DNA of 64,000 nt. Source: an uncultured Candidatus Saccharibacteria bacterium. GTDB lineage: Bacteria; Patescibacteriota; Saccharimonadia; Saccharimonadales; JALRHH01. The translations under genes and the position numbers were made by a program. The notes under the pieces were generated by a model that had not been told where the DNA came from, did no database searches, and worked only from the letters and a program-made list of their open reading frames with translations. Positions 38,037 to 47,533 of this stretch are shown one piece after another; within the stretch, counting starts at the first letter, position 1; each line of letters begins with the position of its first letter. The DNA lies in contig CAZXBL010000001.1 of NCBI GenBank assembly GCA_964638875.1, positions 489 through 64,488 on the forward strand. Reading direction: 5' to 3'.

Positions 38037-39323
38037 TTAATTAAATTCGCGGCGAAGCCACTCATCCAGGCTATTACCCCCACCAGCCGTTAGGCACAGC
38101 ACCGTATCGCCGTCGGCTACGTGCTGCTTGATAGCCCTCTTTAAATCTTCATTCAATTGAGAAGGGGTTGTGTGGAGCTGAACAGTTTCGGACAGGAGCC
38201 CCCGAAGATCACTTGGGCTCAGCAGCTGCAATGACTGGTCCTCGCGGGCTAGATAACTCGGCACAATGTAGAGTGACTTTACGCTATCAAACAGGTCATG
38301 CAACTCGTCTTTGATGAAATGCTGCCTAGTGTTGTGCAGCCCTTCGTATACGACAACCAATCTATCACCAGCGACCTCGTGGCCAAGTTGTAATGCGCCC
38401 CGAATCTTGGGGGGTGTGTGAGCGTAGTCGCTGAAAATGCCGGGAGCAATCTGCTCAAAGCGTCTTGAGACGCCAGGGAATTGGTTCAAAATCTCGATTA
38501 GCTCTGCGCCATTCTTCCTACCGAGCAATGTCTGGACTCCTTGAGCAACAAGTGCAGCATTTTGACGGTTGACGAGCCCAGGTAGCGAGAGACCCCGGTA
38601 GTCATCGAAATTAATAATACTAACAGTATTCGATCCTGCAACATCAATAATATCGGCATCAGGCTTCCAGATGTAGGTGTGATCGGTGTGCCTGATGAAA
38701 TCACGGAAAGCCTGGTTGTATTCCTCACGAGTAGAGTAAATATCTGGGTGGTCCCAGTCTATACCGGTAATTAAACTAAGAGCAGGGCTGTAGGCAAGGA
38801 AATTTCGATCAAATTCGTCTGCTTCGTATACAAAGTACTGAGAGTCAGGGCTGTAGGCACCAAGGCTGGCAAATGACGTCTTTGCGGGCAGTACGTAACT
38901 AATTGGTACACCTAGTCTCTGAAGCAGCCATACCGTCATGGCGGTGGTGGTTGTCTTTCCGTGCGTGCCTGCGACAGCAACCATTTTCAGGTTCTTGTCA
39001 GCCAGGAACTGGGTTATAAATTCGTCGCGCTTGGTTGCCCTAATACCGTTTTCTTTAGCAAACATTAGCTCTGGATGGTTAGGATTTTCCATCGGCAACG
39101 CGGAACTGTAAACAATCCAATCAATAGGTTTTCTATTGTTGAGACTGGTAATATCTTCGCTGCTTTGGCCGATGTGGATATCAGAAATGCCCTGAGATTG
39201 CAGATACTCAAGGTAACTAGACATCTGTTTATCAGAGCCTGAAACTTCATAACCGGCTTGGCTTGCAATAAGTGCGACAGGACTGATACCTGCACCTCCT
39301 ATACCAGAGAAGTAAACATGCAT
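38037..39323 (-). CDS. murC: Mur ligase (UDP-N-acetylmuramate--alanine ligase-like)
   Basis: FSGIGGAGIS, VAGTHGKTTTT, EADEFD, DHPD, SDYAHTP. Confidence 0.85.
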   Translation of the reverse strand: MHVYFSGIGGAGISPVALIASQAGYEVSGSDKQMSSYLEYLQSQGISDIHIGQSSEDITSLNNRKPIDWIVYSSALPMENPNHPELMFAKENGIRATKRDEFITQFLADKNLKMVAVAGTHGKTTTTAMTVWLLQRLGVPISYVLPAKTSFASLGAYSPDSQYFVYEADEFDRNFLAYSPALSLITGIDWDHPDIYSTREEYNQAFRDFIRHTDHTYIWKPDADIIDVAGSNTVSIINFDDYRGLSLPGLVNRQNAALVAQGVQTLLGRKNGAELIEILNQFPGVSRRFEQIAPGIFSDYAHTPPKIRGALQLGHEVAGDRLVVVYEGLHNTRQHFIKDELHDLFDSVKSLYIVPSYLAREDQSLQLLSPSDLRGLLSETVQLHTTPSQLNEDLKRAIKQHVADGDTVLCLTAGGGNSLDEWLRREFN

Positions 39324-39367
39324 AGATATATGGTACACTGAAGAAAACGAAAAGAAACAAAGATTTT

Positions 39368-40576
39368 ATGTTAAAAAAGGCAATGCACCAGTTTCTGAAA
39401 CGGAGTCACTTTTGGCGTGACACCGGGTTTGACGAACTAAGCGAACTATACATCAGCAACATGCTCCGGACTGTTGCGCTAACAACATTTCTTATTTTTG
39501 TTCCGTATTATCTCTACCAAAACAACTACTCACCAGCCACTATCCTGGCTATGCTTGGTTCCTTTTTTGCTTTTCGAGCGGTTGCAGACATTGGTGCGGG
39601 CTTCTTTGTTGGGCGGTATGGCCCCAAGCACTCAATGTTGCTGAGTAACTTGATGCAAATTATCAGCTCAAGTTTGCTTTTGACGGTGCCAGGGCACCAT
39701 TGGAACATTTTGTTAATGGTGTTACCGTGGGCGATCGCGAATAGTCTATTCTTTATTTCATATCACGTCAGTTTTTCTAAGATAAAACATACCCCAAAAG
39801 CCGGCACAGAGCTTGGACACATGCAGGTGTTTGAAAAGGTCGGCTATCTACTCGGCCCATTAATTGGTGGTGTTATTGGTTCGGCATTCGGCCCACAGTA
39901 CATATTCATTACCGCGACAGCCTTACTAATCATTAGCCTTTGGCCGCTGTTCCTAAGCAGTGAGCCTACAAAGGTACATCAAAAAATTGATTTCAAGGGA
40001 CTATCTGCCAAAAAAATACGCCGGGATATATTTGCATATGGAGCACTTGGTGTCGAGAACTCACTGTGCATTAACACCTGGCCGTTCTACGTCGCGGTAT
40101 TTCTACTTAGCGGCGCAGTGTACGCTCAGCTGGGAACACTCAGTGCGATTGGGGTACTCGTCGCGGTCCTATCGGCAAAAGCCATGGGGGGAATATCAGA
40201 CTCGGCGTTGGCGCGTCCAATAATGCGTATCAGCGTTGCCTCAAATATACTTATTCATCTGTTACGCCCTTTTGTTAACGGCGTTGCTGGCGTCTTGGCA
40301 GTGAATGTGGCTAACGAGGCTGTCACTTCAGGCTATCGGATGCCATTTATAAAAGGTGTTTACGCGGCAGCAGATGACCTACCGGGTTACCGTATTGTTT
40401 ATATTGCGACCTTGGAATCAGTTAGTAGTATCGCAAAAGCAACCTCATGGTTTTTTCTGGCGCTACTCGCCACAGTGCTCAGCCTGAAAACAGTCCTGGC
40501 CATTGGCTTTATAATTGCGGCTGTCGCCTCACTGGGCATAACAAAAGAGCGCTTTGCGATATATAATCGAAGGTAA
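39368..40576 (+). CDS. MFS transporter
   Basis: About 12 TMs; GRYGPK loop motif; GPLIGG. Confidence 0.85.
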   Translation: MLKKAMHQFLKRSHFWRDTGFDELSELYISNMLRTVALTTFLIFVPYYLYQNNYSPATILAMLGSFFAFRAVADIGAGFFVGRYGPKHSMLLSNLMQIISSSLLLTVPGHHWNILLMVLPWAIANSLFFISYHVSFSKIKHTPKAGTELGHMQVFEKVGYLLGPLIGGVIGSAFGPQYIFITATALLIISLWPLFLSSEPTKVHQKIDFKGLSAKKIRRDIFAYGALGVENSLCINTWPFYVAVFLLSGAVYAQLGTLSAIGVLVAVLSAKAMGGISDSALARPIMRISVASNILIHLLRPFVNGVAGVLAVNVANEAVTSGYRMPFIKGVYAAADDLPGYRIVYIATLESVSSIAKATSWFFLALLATVLSLKTVLAIGFIIAAVASLGITKERFAIYNRR

Positions 40577-40591
40577 GAAAGAACAGAAAAT

Positions 40592-41197
40592 ATGAGCAAA
40601 CGTCACCTCCACCAAATCCTAAAGCGGCTTCGACAGGCACATACTCTGTACTTTGTAGTTGCTATCATTATTACAGCCGGAGTGGCTGTGACAGCACTTC
40701 GTAATAACAACATGAGGGCGCTTGAACTGCGCGATACAGTCCTCGCGGTAGACAAACAGAACGGGGATACCGAAACCGCGCTTCGAGACCTTCGTGAATA
40801 CGTTTACGGTCACATGAATAGCAATTTAGCCGTTCCTGGTGGTGCTTATCCTCCTGTGCAGCTTAAATATCGCTATGACCGGCTTGTTGCAGCAGAAAAA
40901 CAACGAGTTACCCAGGTTAATGCCAAACTTTATACCGAAGCACAAGGGTACTGTGAATCGGTAATCCCAACCGGACGCTCGCTAACCCGCATTGAATGTA
41001 TCCAGAACTACGTCACAACAAGGGGTGGCGTCAGTGAAAACGCGATCCCAGACGCACTCTACAAGTTTAACTTTGCCCCACCAATTTGGTCGCCAGACTT
41101 AGCTGGCTGGAGTCTGGTACTACTAGGCGTCTTGACACTTCTGTCTATAACAAGAACAATTGCATTGTTCTGGCTCAAACACACACTTCACGAATAA
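40592..41197 (+). CDS. Hypothetical membrane protein
   Basis: N- and C-terminal TMs; ALRNNN, YGHMN, WSPDLAGW. Confidence 0.75.
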   Translation: MSKRHLHQILKRLRQAHTLYFVVAIIITAGVAVTALRNNNMRALELRDTVLAVDKQNGDTETALRDLREYVYGHMNSNLAVPGGAYPPVQLKYRYDRLVAAEKQRVTQVNAKLYTEAQGYCESVIPTGRSLTRIECIQNYVTTRGGVSENAIPDALYKFNFAPPIWSPDLAGWSLVLLGVLTLLSITRTIALFWLKHTLHE

Positions 41198-41236
41198 CAA
41201 TAAAAATACCCCAGTTACCCGGGGTATTTTTATTGA
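41198..41236. terminator. Bidirectional intrinsic terminator
   Basis: CAATAAAAATACCCC...GGGGTATTTTTTATTG. Confidence 0.85.
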
Positions 41237-41247
41237 TTCTCTACGTT

Positions 41248-41901
41248 CTAGCGATTCGTAGTAGGTTTGTTGGTGGTGCTAGAGTTGTTGGTATTAGTGT
41301 TAGTCGTTGTGTTGCTCGTATCTTCACTAGTTGTGTCGGTCGAGGTTCCTTGACTTGAGGTCTGGTCACACTTCTGTTCGCCAGGGTTTTGTTCCTGGTA
41401 AGTCTTTACAGCCTTTGCTACTTGACCGTCATCCTTCAGGTTTTCCCAGAAGATAACTTGTTCACGGTTGATAACCATGTTGTCTTGTGGGCCGTGCAAC
41501 TCACAACCAAGCTTCACGAGCGAAATGTCGTTACTATTGTTGCTAGACTGGTTTGGCTGGACCTGCTGGTTAACACGGAGGTAATAAATATCTGCCATGC
41601 TGAGGAACTTGCCATTTAGGTTGTTAATTTTACCGAAGTAAACCTGACCACCGTTCAAGAACACTGCCTGCAGTTTACTCTCGTCGACATAGCTTCCTTC
41701 TTTCTTGTTGCCGCCACCGAGGGCTACAAACCATACCACCGCTACTACAAGCACGGTGATACAAAAGAGTAGTGCTACTTGTGCAATCTTCCACGTCTTA
41801 ACGTTTTGAAGACTTGCTCTTTTTGACCTGCCTTGGGCAGGTGCCGCTGGTTGTCCAGCTGGTTGACCTTGGCTTTGGTCGCCACGATTCATCCATTCCA
41901 T
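41248..41901 (-). CDS. Hypothetical membrane-anchored protein
   Basis: TM then QAVFLNGGQVYFG, YYL, LVKLGCELHGP, INREQVIFWENLK; start MEWMNR. Confidence 0.8.
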   Translation of the reverse strand: MEWMNRGDQSQGQPAGQPAAPAQGRSKRASLQNVKTWKIAQVALLFCITVLVVAVVWFVALGGGNKKEGSYVDESKLQAVFLNGGQVYFGKINNLNGKFLSMADIYYLRVNQQVQPNQSSNNSNDISLVKLGCELHGPQDNMVINREQVIFWENLKDDGQVAKAVKTYQEQNPGEQKCDQTSSQGTSTDTTSEDTSNTTTNTNTNNSSTTNKPTTNR

Positions 41902-42150
41902 ATGTGTTATCCACCTTTCCTTACGTAGGGTTAGTGTAATGCATAAGCGCCTTACTGTGCAATAACTATCTGTAATTTTATTAAGCAACAGATAACACGT
42001 ATCCACAACAACACTTTTTACGATGTTTAAAATAACAGGGGTAGAAGCAAACTCTAAGGTGTTATTTTTTGTAAAAGCGGTTGACAAGCTAAAACACCCC
42101 AGAGTATGTTAGGAGTACCATTACATAACGTAAGAGAGGGACCTCATATT

Positions 42151-42348
42151 ATGGCAGGTTACAACCACACTAACTCAAAGGGTGTTACATATCACTTGAA
42201 CTCTAAGCTCGTAGTGCTCCGCGGTGGCAAAGAACAGCGCATCTACTACTTCAGCAAGGACGTACGCCCAGAAGCAACTGACCTCCCAGCAGGTTTTGTT
42301 GTAAACGAAAACCCACGTAACGGTTTCTTGACCGTAAAGCGCGGCTAG
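42151..42348 (+). CDS. Small hypothetical protein (65 aa)
   Basis: YNHTNSKGVTYHL..LRGG...IYYF..LPAGF.V.EN.RNG; own promoter (TTGACA at 42081) and terminator. Confidence 0.8.
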   Translation: MAGYNHTNSKGVTYHLNSKLVVLRGGKEQRIYYFSKDVRPEATDLPAGFVVNENPRNGFLTVKRG

Positions 42349-42370
42349 TTCTAAACAAAGATTACAAAAT

Positions 42371-42398
42371 AAACACCCCGGTTATCCGGGGTGTTTTT
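42371..42398 (+). terminator. Intrinsic terminator
   Basis: AAACACCCCGG-TTAT-CCGGGGTGTTTTT. Confidence 0.85.
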
Positions 42399-42439
42399 AT
42401 ATCTAGCTATAACCTTTGGTAGTTTGATACAGTATTGTA

Positions 42440-43198
42440 ATGGCACAAACAATTCTCACAGTTAAAAACTTAGTAAAAACCTACGACAAACGTAATGTAG
42501 TTGACGGAATCTCTTTTGAGGTTAGTAGGGGCGAAGTGTTCGGGATCTTGGGTCCAAATGGCGCCGGCAAGACTACCACACTCGAAATGCTCGAAACAAT
42601 GCGTCCTATCGATGGCGGCACCGCTGAAATAGACGGCATCAATGTCGCCAAAAATCCAGATCAAATCAAAGAACTGATTGGTGTGCAGCCGCAAACCCCT
42701 TCATTCGAAGAAAAAACCAAACTGACAGAGTTAATCGAATTTTTTGCTGCCGCGTATGGTGAGAAAGTAGATGCAAAAGCCTTTTTAAGTGACGTCCATC
42801 TAGAAGAAAAAGCCAATGCCTACCCAGAACAGCTTTCTGGAGGACAGCGCCAACGTTTCTCTATCGCTGCCGCACTGGTGCACGGGCCAAAAGTATTCTT
42901 TTTAGATGAACCAACAACAGGACTTGACCCCCAGGCACGCCGAAATCTGTGGGATCTCATTCGCGAAGTCCGTGATCGAGGTGTCACAGTTATCATGACA
43001 ACCCACTACATGGACGAAGCGGAACTGCTCTGCGACCGCATCGCGATCATGGATAACGGCAAGATTATCGCCATGGATACTCCTAAAAACCTCGTTAAGG
43101 CGCTACTAAAACGCGGTTTCAAGAAGGCGCAGCATGTAGAACAGGCTGACCTCGAAGACGTGTTTATTGACCTAACCGGAAAGGCACTGAGGGACTAA
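42440..43198 (+). CDS. ABC-2 exporter ATP-binding protein
   Basis: GPNGAGKTT, LSGGQRQR, LDEPTTGLD, TTHYMDEA. Confidence 0.95.
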   Translation: MAQTILTVKNLVKTYDKRNVVDGISFEVSRGEVFGILGPNGAGKTTTLEMLETMRPIDGGTAEIDGINVAKNPDQIKELIGVQPQTPSFEEKTKLTELIEFFAAAYGEKVDAKAFLSDVHLEEKANAYPEQLSGGQRQRFSIAAALVHGPKVFFLDEPTTGLDPQARRNLWDLIREVRDRGVTVIMTTHYMDEAELLCDRIAIMDNGKIIAMDTPKNLVKALLKRGFKKAQHVEQADLEDVFIDLTGKALRD

Positions 43199-43199
43199 T

Positions 43200-44315
43200 A
43201 TGAGCAAATTTCGAAAATCAGTCCTACCAATTACCACCTTCGTCCGAATCGATCTGAAACGTCTCTTTAGGGATAAGGTCGCAATCTTCTTTATCTTTCT
43301 GTTTCCGCTCATATTCCTGGTCATTTTTGGCAGCATTTTCAGTGGCGACAGTAATGTCTCGTTCAAAGTAGGTCTACTGAACCAATCAAACACCGAATTT
43401 GCCCAAAAGTTCGAAAAACAGATCAAGGATAATAAGGTTTTTGATGTCGATAAAGAGATTTCTTCGGAAGACAAAGCGCGCGAGAAAATGAACCGCGGCC
43501 AGCTGGACGCTACTATCATCTTGCCGGCAGGTTTTGGCGAGGTAACAAACAATAAATACCCAGCCGGCCAGGCAAAAGTTCTATATGACCAAAACAACGA
43601 GCAGGGCGGCCGGACGCTCGCTTCAATCATGGAAAGTATCTTCACAGATATTAACGACAACCTCGTGCCTCACGATGAACCGTTCACCGTTAAAGCAGAA
43701 TCGACCGCTACCAAAGGCCTCACGCAGTTTGACTACACGTTCTCGGGCATCCTGGGCTTTACACTGTTATCTCTGGGCATTTTCGGCCCAACTACTGTCT
43801 TCCCGCGACTGAAACAGCGTGGGGTGCTACGTCGCTACCACACGACCTCTCTCAAGGTGTGGCAGTACTTTGTAGGAAATGTCATCTCTAACGCCTTTAT
43901 CGGTCTCATGGCGCTTGTAGTGATGTTTACGGCCGCAGTAACACTATTTGATCTGAATATGAGGGGTAATTACCTAATCCTGGCCCTCATCGTAGCAGTG
44001 GGAACTATCATGCTATTCGGTATAGGATTGGCGCTAGGTGGCTGGGCCAAGAACGAAAACCAAGCCGCACCACTCGCGCAACTTGTGACATTGCCCATGA
44101 TGTTCTTGTCGGGCGTGTTCTTCCCGACCTTCCTCATGCCAGAACTTTTGCAGAAAATCACCCAGTTTATTCCTTTAACAGCGGTAGTCGATGCAGTTCG
44201 TCTGACAATCACAGAAAATGCTTCACTGGTAGACCTGGCGCCCCAATTCGGCGTCATGCTCGGCTGGACATTCGTAATCTACATAATAGCCTTCAAAGTC
44301 TTCCGCTGGGAGTAG
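43200..44315 (+). CDS. ABC-2 exporter permease
   Basis: N-terminal TM, extracellular domain, FLSGVFFP, ends FRWE. Confidence 0.92.
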   Translation: MSKFRKSVLPITTFVRIDLKRLFRDKVAIFFIFLFPLIFLVIFGSIFSGDSNVSFKVGLLNQSNTEFAQKFEKQIKDNKVFDVDKEISSEDKAREKMNRGQLDATIILPAGFGEVTNNKYPAGQAKVLYDQNNEQGGRTLASIMESIFTDINDNLVPHDEPFTVKAESTATKGLTQFDYTFSGILGFTLLSLGIFGPTTVFPRLKQRGVLRRYHTTSLKVWQYFVGNVISNAFIGLMALVVMFTAAVTLFDLNMRGNYLILALIVAVGTIMLFGIGLALGGWAKNENQAAPLAQLVTLPMMFLSGVFFPTFLMPELLQKITQFIPLTAVVDAVRLTITENASLVDLAPQFGVMLGWTFVIYIIAFKVFRWE

Positions 44316-44321
44316 GGGCTA

Positions 44322-44430
44322 ATGAGACACCTAAAAAGGTTTCTCACCCCACCCCATGAAATAAATTTCACAGGGAACCCGAGTCGCGCCGACAAAAAGG
44401 CGTGACTTGTTTGCCCAAGCTGCTCTTCCC
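44322..44430 (-). repeat. Modular palindromic element, copy 2, intergenic
   Basis: Inverted homologue of 34048-34159; 25-nt core at 44384-44408. Confidence 0.85.
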
Positions 44431-44486
44431 AGATTTAGGACAGCTAACCTATTGCCAAAACAGCATAAGCGTGATATAATACAACT

Positions 44487-44861
44487 ATGGTAAAACAGCA
44501 AGAATTTGACGAACCACGCCACAATATCCTCTATGACGCAGATGGGTTAGATTACAGCGTGCCGCAGGATGACGAAGAAGCTGCTGAAATAGGCATTCCA
44601 GCCACACCTGAAGAAGAGCAGCGGCATAAGGAAGCTGGTGAACAAGTTGGCGATTTACTGGGTAAGTCAAACCTGCTTCAACAGGTCCAAATAGTGGACC
44701 CAGCCTTACAAGACCGTGAAGAATGGATACGTAGCATGCACCTGACACAGCCTTCATCCGGAGGGCCAGTTCGACATCCAACCCCAGAAGATGGTCGATT
44801 CGCAACTGAAAATATGAACCGCGTACGGGCGCAACTTACTCCACCTAATCCAAGGACATAG
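44487..44861 (+). CDS. Hypothetical protein
   Basis: 124-aa ORF; TGnTATAAT 6 nt before ATG. Confidence 0.65.
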   Translation: MVKQQEFDEPRHNILYDADGLDYSVPQDDEEAAEIGIPATPEEEQRHKEAGEQVGDLLGKSNLLQQVQIVDPALQDREEWIRSMHLTQPSSGGPVRHPTPEDGRFATENMNRVRAQLTPPNPRT

Positions 44862-44864
44862 GTT

Positions 44865-45692
44865 ATGATCAAGCGCGCTGATTTTCCGGGGCAACCCGAA
44901 GAGAGACTCCCAATTGACCAACTACCTGGTGAACGAGAGGTTCGGGTCGCTGAGTTTGACCCTGAACGCAAATATGCGTTCGGTAGCGTTCCGCGATTGC
45001 TCGATATATCAGTTGATAATGATATATGGCTGAAGCCTGAAGATGTCAAGCACGCTAGCCCAGATTTCTTGGCCGAAAATCTCAGGCAGCGTATGGGCAA
45101 ACAAGAAATAGATGGTGTGCCGTTTAACGAGTTTGAATACAGTACTGCTGTCACACATGTGCCGACACTCATCGGACGAACTGCCGCAAAAGCACTCAAG
45201 CCCTATGCTCTTGCGAATACTACGATCCGCCGAGAAGTTGAGCTAAAAGCACACAGGGGTGTTCTAGAAGGTGTCCTCCCAAAACATAAGAGTCTGTTTG
45301 AGGGCTTACAAGCTGAGGTCGCAACTCTCCGAAGGCTTAGGTATTTGGCAGATAAACCTGGCTTTGCTTTAGAGAAGGGTGGTCATATCAAGGAGCTTGC
45401 AGCTCTTGGGTGGGCTAGTTTTGATAATATGCTGCGGGTTGTAGGTGACCGCGAGAAGTGGGATGATGAAAAACGCTATCGCGTTAACCAAGCGTTGTTA
45501 ACCAAGCTTAGTACCGGGCCTCAGCGTGAAAAGATCGGCACCTGGCAAGCGATGACCGGAGAAGCTTACCGCTATGCAGTCCGGCGCTTTTCAAAAGTTG
45601 GTATGCGAGAGAAAGTTATTGAGAAGACCCTTAGTGACACAAAGGGCGAGCTAGACAAGTTATATAGCGAGACTGGCTTCTTTGAGATTTAA
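44865..45692 (+). CDS. Hypothetical protein
   Basis: 275-aa ORF abutting its neighbours. Confidence 0.7.
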   Translation: MIKRADFPGQPEERLPIDQLPGEREVRVAEFDPERKYAFGSVPRLLDISVDNDIWLKPEDVKHASPDFLAENLRQRMGKQEIDGVPFNEFEYSTAVTHVPTLIGRTAAKALKPYALANTTIRREVELKAHRGVLEGVLPKHKSLFEGLQAEVATLRRLRYLADKPGFALEKGGHIKELAALGWASFDNMLRVVGDREKWDDEKRYRVNQALLTKLSTGPQREKIGTWQAMTGEAYRYAVRRFSKVGMREKVIEKTLSDTKGELDKLYSETGFFEI

Positions 45693-46709
45693 ATGAAGAA
45701 TATTTTGAATGACTTGCCGGGGCCGTGTTTTGTTTTGGCGCCTATGGATGATGTTACTGATACGGTTTTCCGCCGCATGGTTCACGCGACCGCGCCGGCT
45801 GATTTGTATTACACAGAATTCGTGAACGTTGATGGTTTGCAAAGTCCAGGCAGGGCAAAATTGCTTAAAAAAGTCAGATTTGTAGAGTCTGAAGGTCCGT
45901 TGGTTATCCAATTGTGGGGCAAAGACCCGGAGAATTTTCGTAAAACTGCGCAGCAGGTAGCTGATGGTAGTCTTGCGAAAGAGCTAGGGTTGCCAGAAGG
46001 CGTCAACTTTGCTGGACTGGACCTGAACATGGGCTGCCCCGCTAAATCAGAGGTCAAAAACGGTACCTGTAGTGCATTGATCAAAAACCGTCCATTAGCG
46101 CTAGAGATTATCAATGCGTCAAAAGCAGGGTTAGCCGGGAAGCTGCCGATCAGCGTTAAGACACGCGTTGGCTTTAATGAAGTCGATATGACCTGGGTAG
46201 AATTTTTGTTAGAACAGAAACTTAACATGTTAACTGTTCATGGTCGTACCAAGAAGCAGATGAGTAAAGTGCCCGCAAACTGGGATCTGATTGGTCGGGC
46301 GCGTGAACTCCGTGACCGGATCTCCCCCGACACACTTATTGTCGGGAATGGCGACGTTATGAATTACCAGCAAGGTTTTGATTTAACTAAGAAATACCAT
46401 TTAGATGGTGTCATGATTGGTCGCGGTGTGTTTCAGGACCCGTATGCATTTGCAGAAAATTCACCGTGGGAAACAACTGACCGGGAAACTCGGCTCAATT
46501 TGTTTAAACAGCACGTGACAACGTTTGCTAGTCAATGGCAGGATGGCGAACGCCCCATCCACACGCTGAATAAGTTCTGTAAAATATATGTCAGCGATTT
46601 TGATGGCGCCAAAGAACTCCGTGAAAAGTTAATGGCAGCAGAATCTACCGATGATCTGCTGACCATGATCGACCAAGCGTTGGCAACACAGTATGCGTTA
46701 GAAACCTAA
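45693..46709 (+). CDS. dus: tRNA-dihydrouridine synthase
   Basis: LAPMDDVTD, DLNMGCP, SVKTR, TVHGRT, GNGD, DGVMIGRG. Confidence 0.95.
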   Translation: MKNILNDLPGPCFVLAPMDDVTDTVFRRMVHATAPADLYYTEFVNVDGLQSPGRAKLLKKVRFVESEGPLVIQLWGKDPENFRKTAQQVADGSLAKELGLPEGVNFAGLDLNMGCPAKSEVKNGTCSALIKNRPLALEIINASKAGLAGKLPISVKTRVGFNEVDMTWVEFLLEQKLNMLTVHGRTKKQMSKVPANWDLIGRARELRDRISPDTLIVGNGDVMNYQQGFDLTKKYHLDGVMIGRGVFQDPYAFAENSPWETTDRETRLNLFKQHVTTFASQWQDGERPIHTLNKFCKIYVSDFDGAKELREKLMAAESTDDLLTMIDQALATQYALET

Positions 46710-46763
46710 CAGCCTTAATTACTCCATTAAAGTACAGTAGAAGTGTAACTATGGAGGTTATTT

Positions 46764-47120
46764 ATGGCACATGCACACCACGTAAATCGGGCAACCTACG
46801 TAGACACAGAACGGGGCGCTGAGCACGGCACGAGTGTAGCTGCGAGAATTGTTGGCCTTGTGGGCTATATAATATTTGCCTTGTTGGCATTTAGATTTGT
46901 ACTATCACTATTTGGGGCAAACCGCGGTAATCCGTTTGCAGATTTTATTTACGATGTAAGTCATCCGCTGGTGACACCATTCTTTGGGTTGTTTAATTAC
47001 ACGCCACAATTTGGTATTTCTCGGTTCGAGTTCGAAACACTGATCGCCATGCTATTCTATGGAATTGTTATTGGCATCATAGTCCGCGCCCTCACTGTTG
47101 GTCGCCGAGACCCAGTTTAA
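46764..47120 (+). CDS. YggT family membrane protein
   Basis: RFVLSLFGAN..NPF..FIY..S.PLV.PF.GLF. Confidence 0.82.
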   Translation: MAHAHHVNRATYVDTERGAEHGTSVAARIVGLVGYIIFALLAFRFVLSLFGANRGNPFADFIYDVSHPLVTPFFGLFNYTPQFGISRFEFETLIAMLFYGIVIGIIVRALTVGRRDPV

Positions 47121-47137
47121 TTTGTCCCCCACCAACC

Positions 47138-47167
47138 AAAACAGCCCCTATTTATGGGGGCTGTTTT
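47138..47167. terminator. Bidirectional terminator
   Basis: AAAACAGCCCC...GGGGGCTGTTTT. Confidence 0.85.
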
Positions 47168-47181
47168 AGATTTTAGAAGTG

Positions 47182-47454
47182 TTACTTTTTCTTGGTTGTT
47201 TGCTTGACTGCCTTCTTTGCAGGAGCCTTCTTTGCGACTGTTTTCTTCTTGGCTACCGCTTTTTTAGCGGGAGCACGCTTTTTGGTTGGTCGCACGATCT
47301 TAGCCCGAGCCGACCTACCGTTATGTTGCTGAATACGGTCCCAGAGTAGGTAAATTGCCACCCCGCCAGCAATAAAGAATGACACTATACATACGTAGTA
47401 CGCAAGGTCAGCCGTAGCGCTGCTGGCCGCCACTGTCTGTGCAATTGTAATCAT
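47182..47454 (-). CDS. Small TM protein with histone-H1-like Lys/Ala tail
   Basis: TM followed by PAKKAVAKKKTVAKKAPAKKA. Confidence 0.7.
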   Translation of the reverse strand: MITIAQTVAASSATADLAYYVCIVSFFIAGGVAIYLLWDRIQQHNGRSARAKIVRPTKKRAPAKKAVAKKKTVAKKAPAKKAVKQTTKKK

Positions 47455-47533
47455 AAGCGTTATTGTACACTTTTAACCCTCCAGCGAAAACACTTTTAAA
47501 AGTCAGCTATCCACATCTGTTAGAATTAAACCT

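Noticed and set aside
41902-42150. Possible oriC (TTATCCACC near 41907, GTATCCACA near 41999)
   Set aside because: Only two mismatched DnaA-like boxes, no dnaA/dnaN nearby, and the spacer is explained by divergent promoters
44487-46709. Stop-codon readthrough fusing three same-frame ORFs (TAG GTT ATG; TAA ATG)
   Set aside because: Each has its own ATG, and abutting genes are common here (for example manC-manB); dus is a complete standalone enzyme
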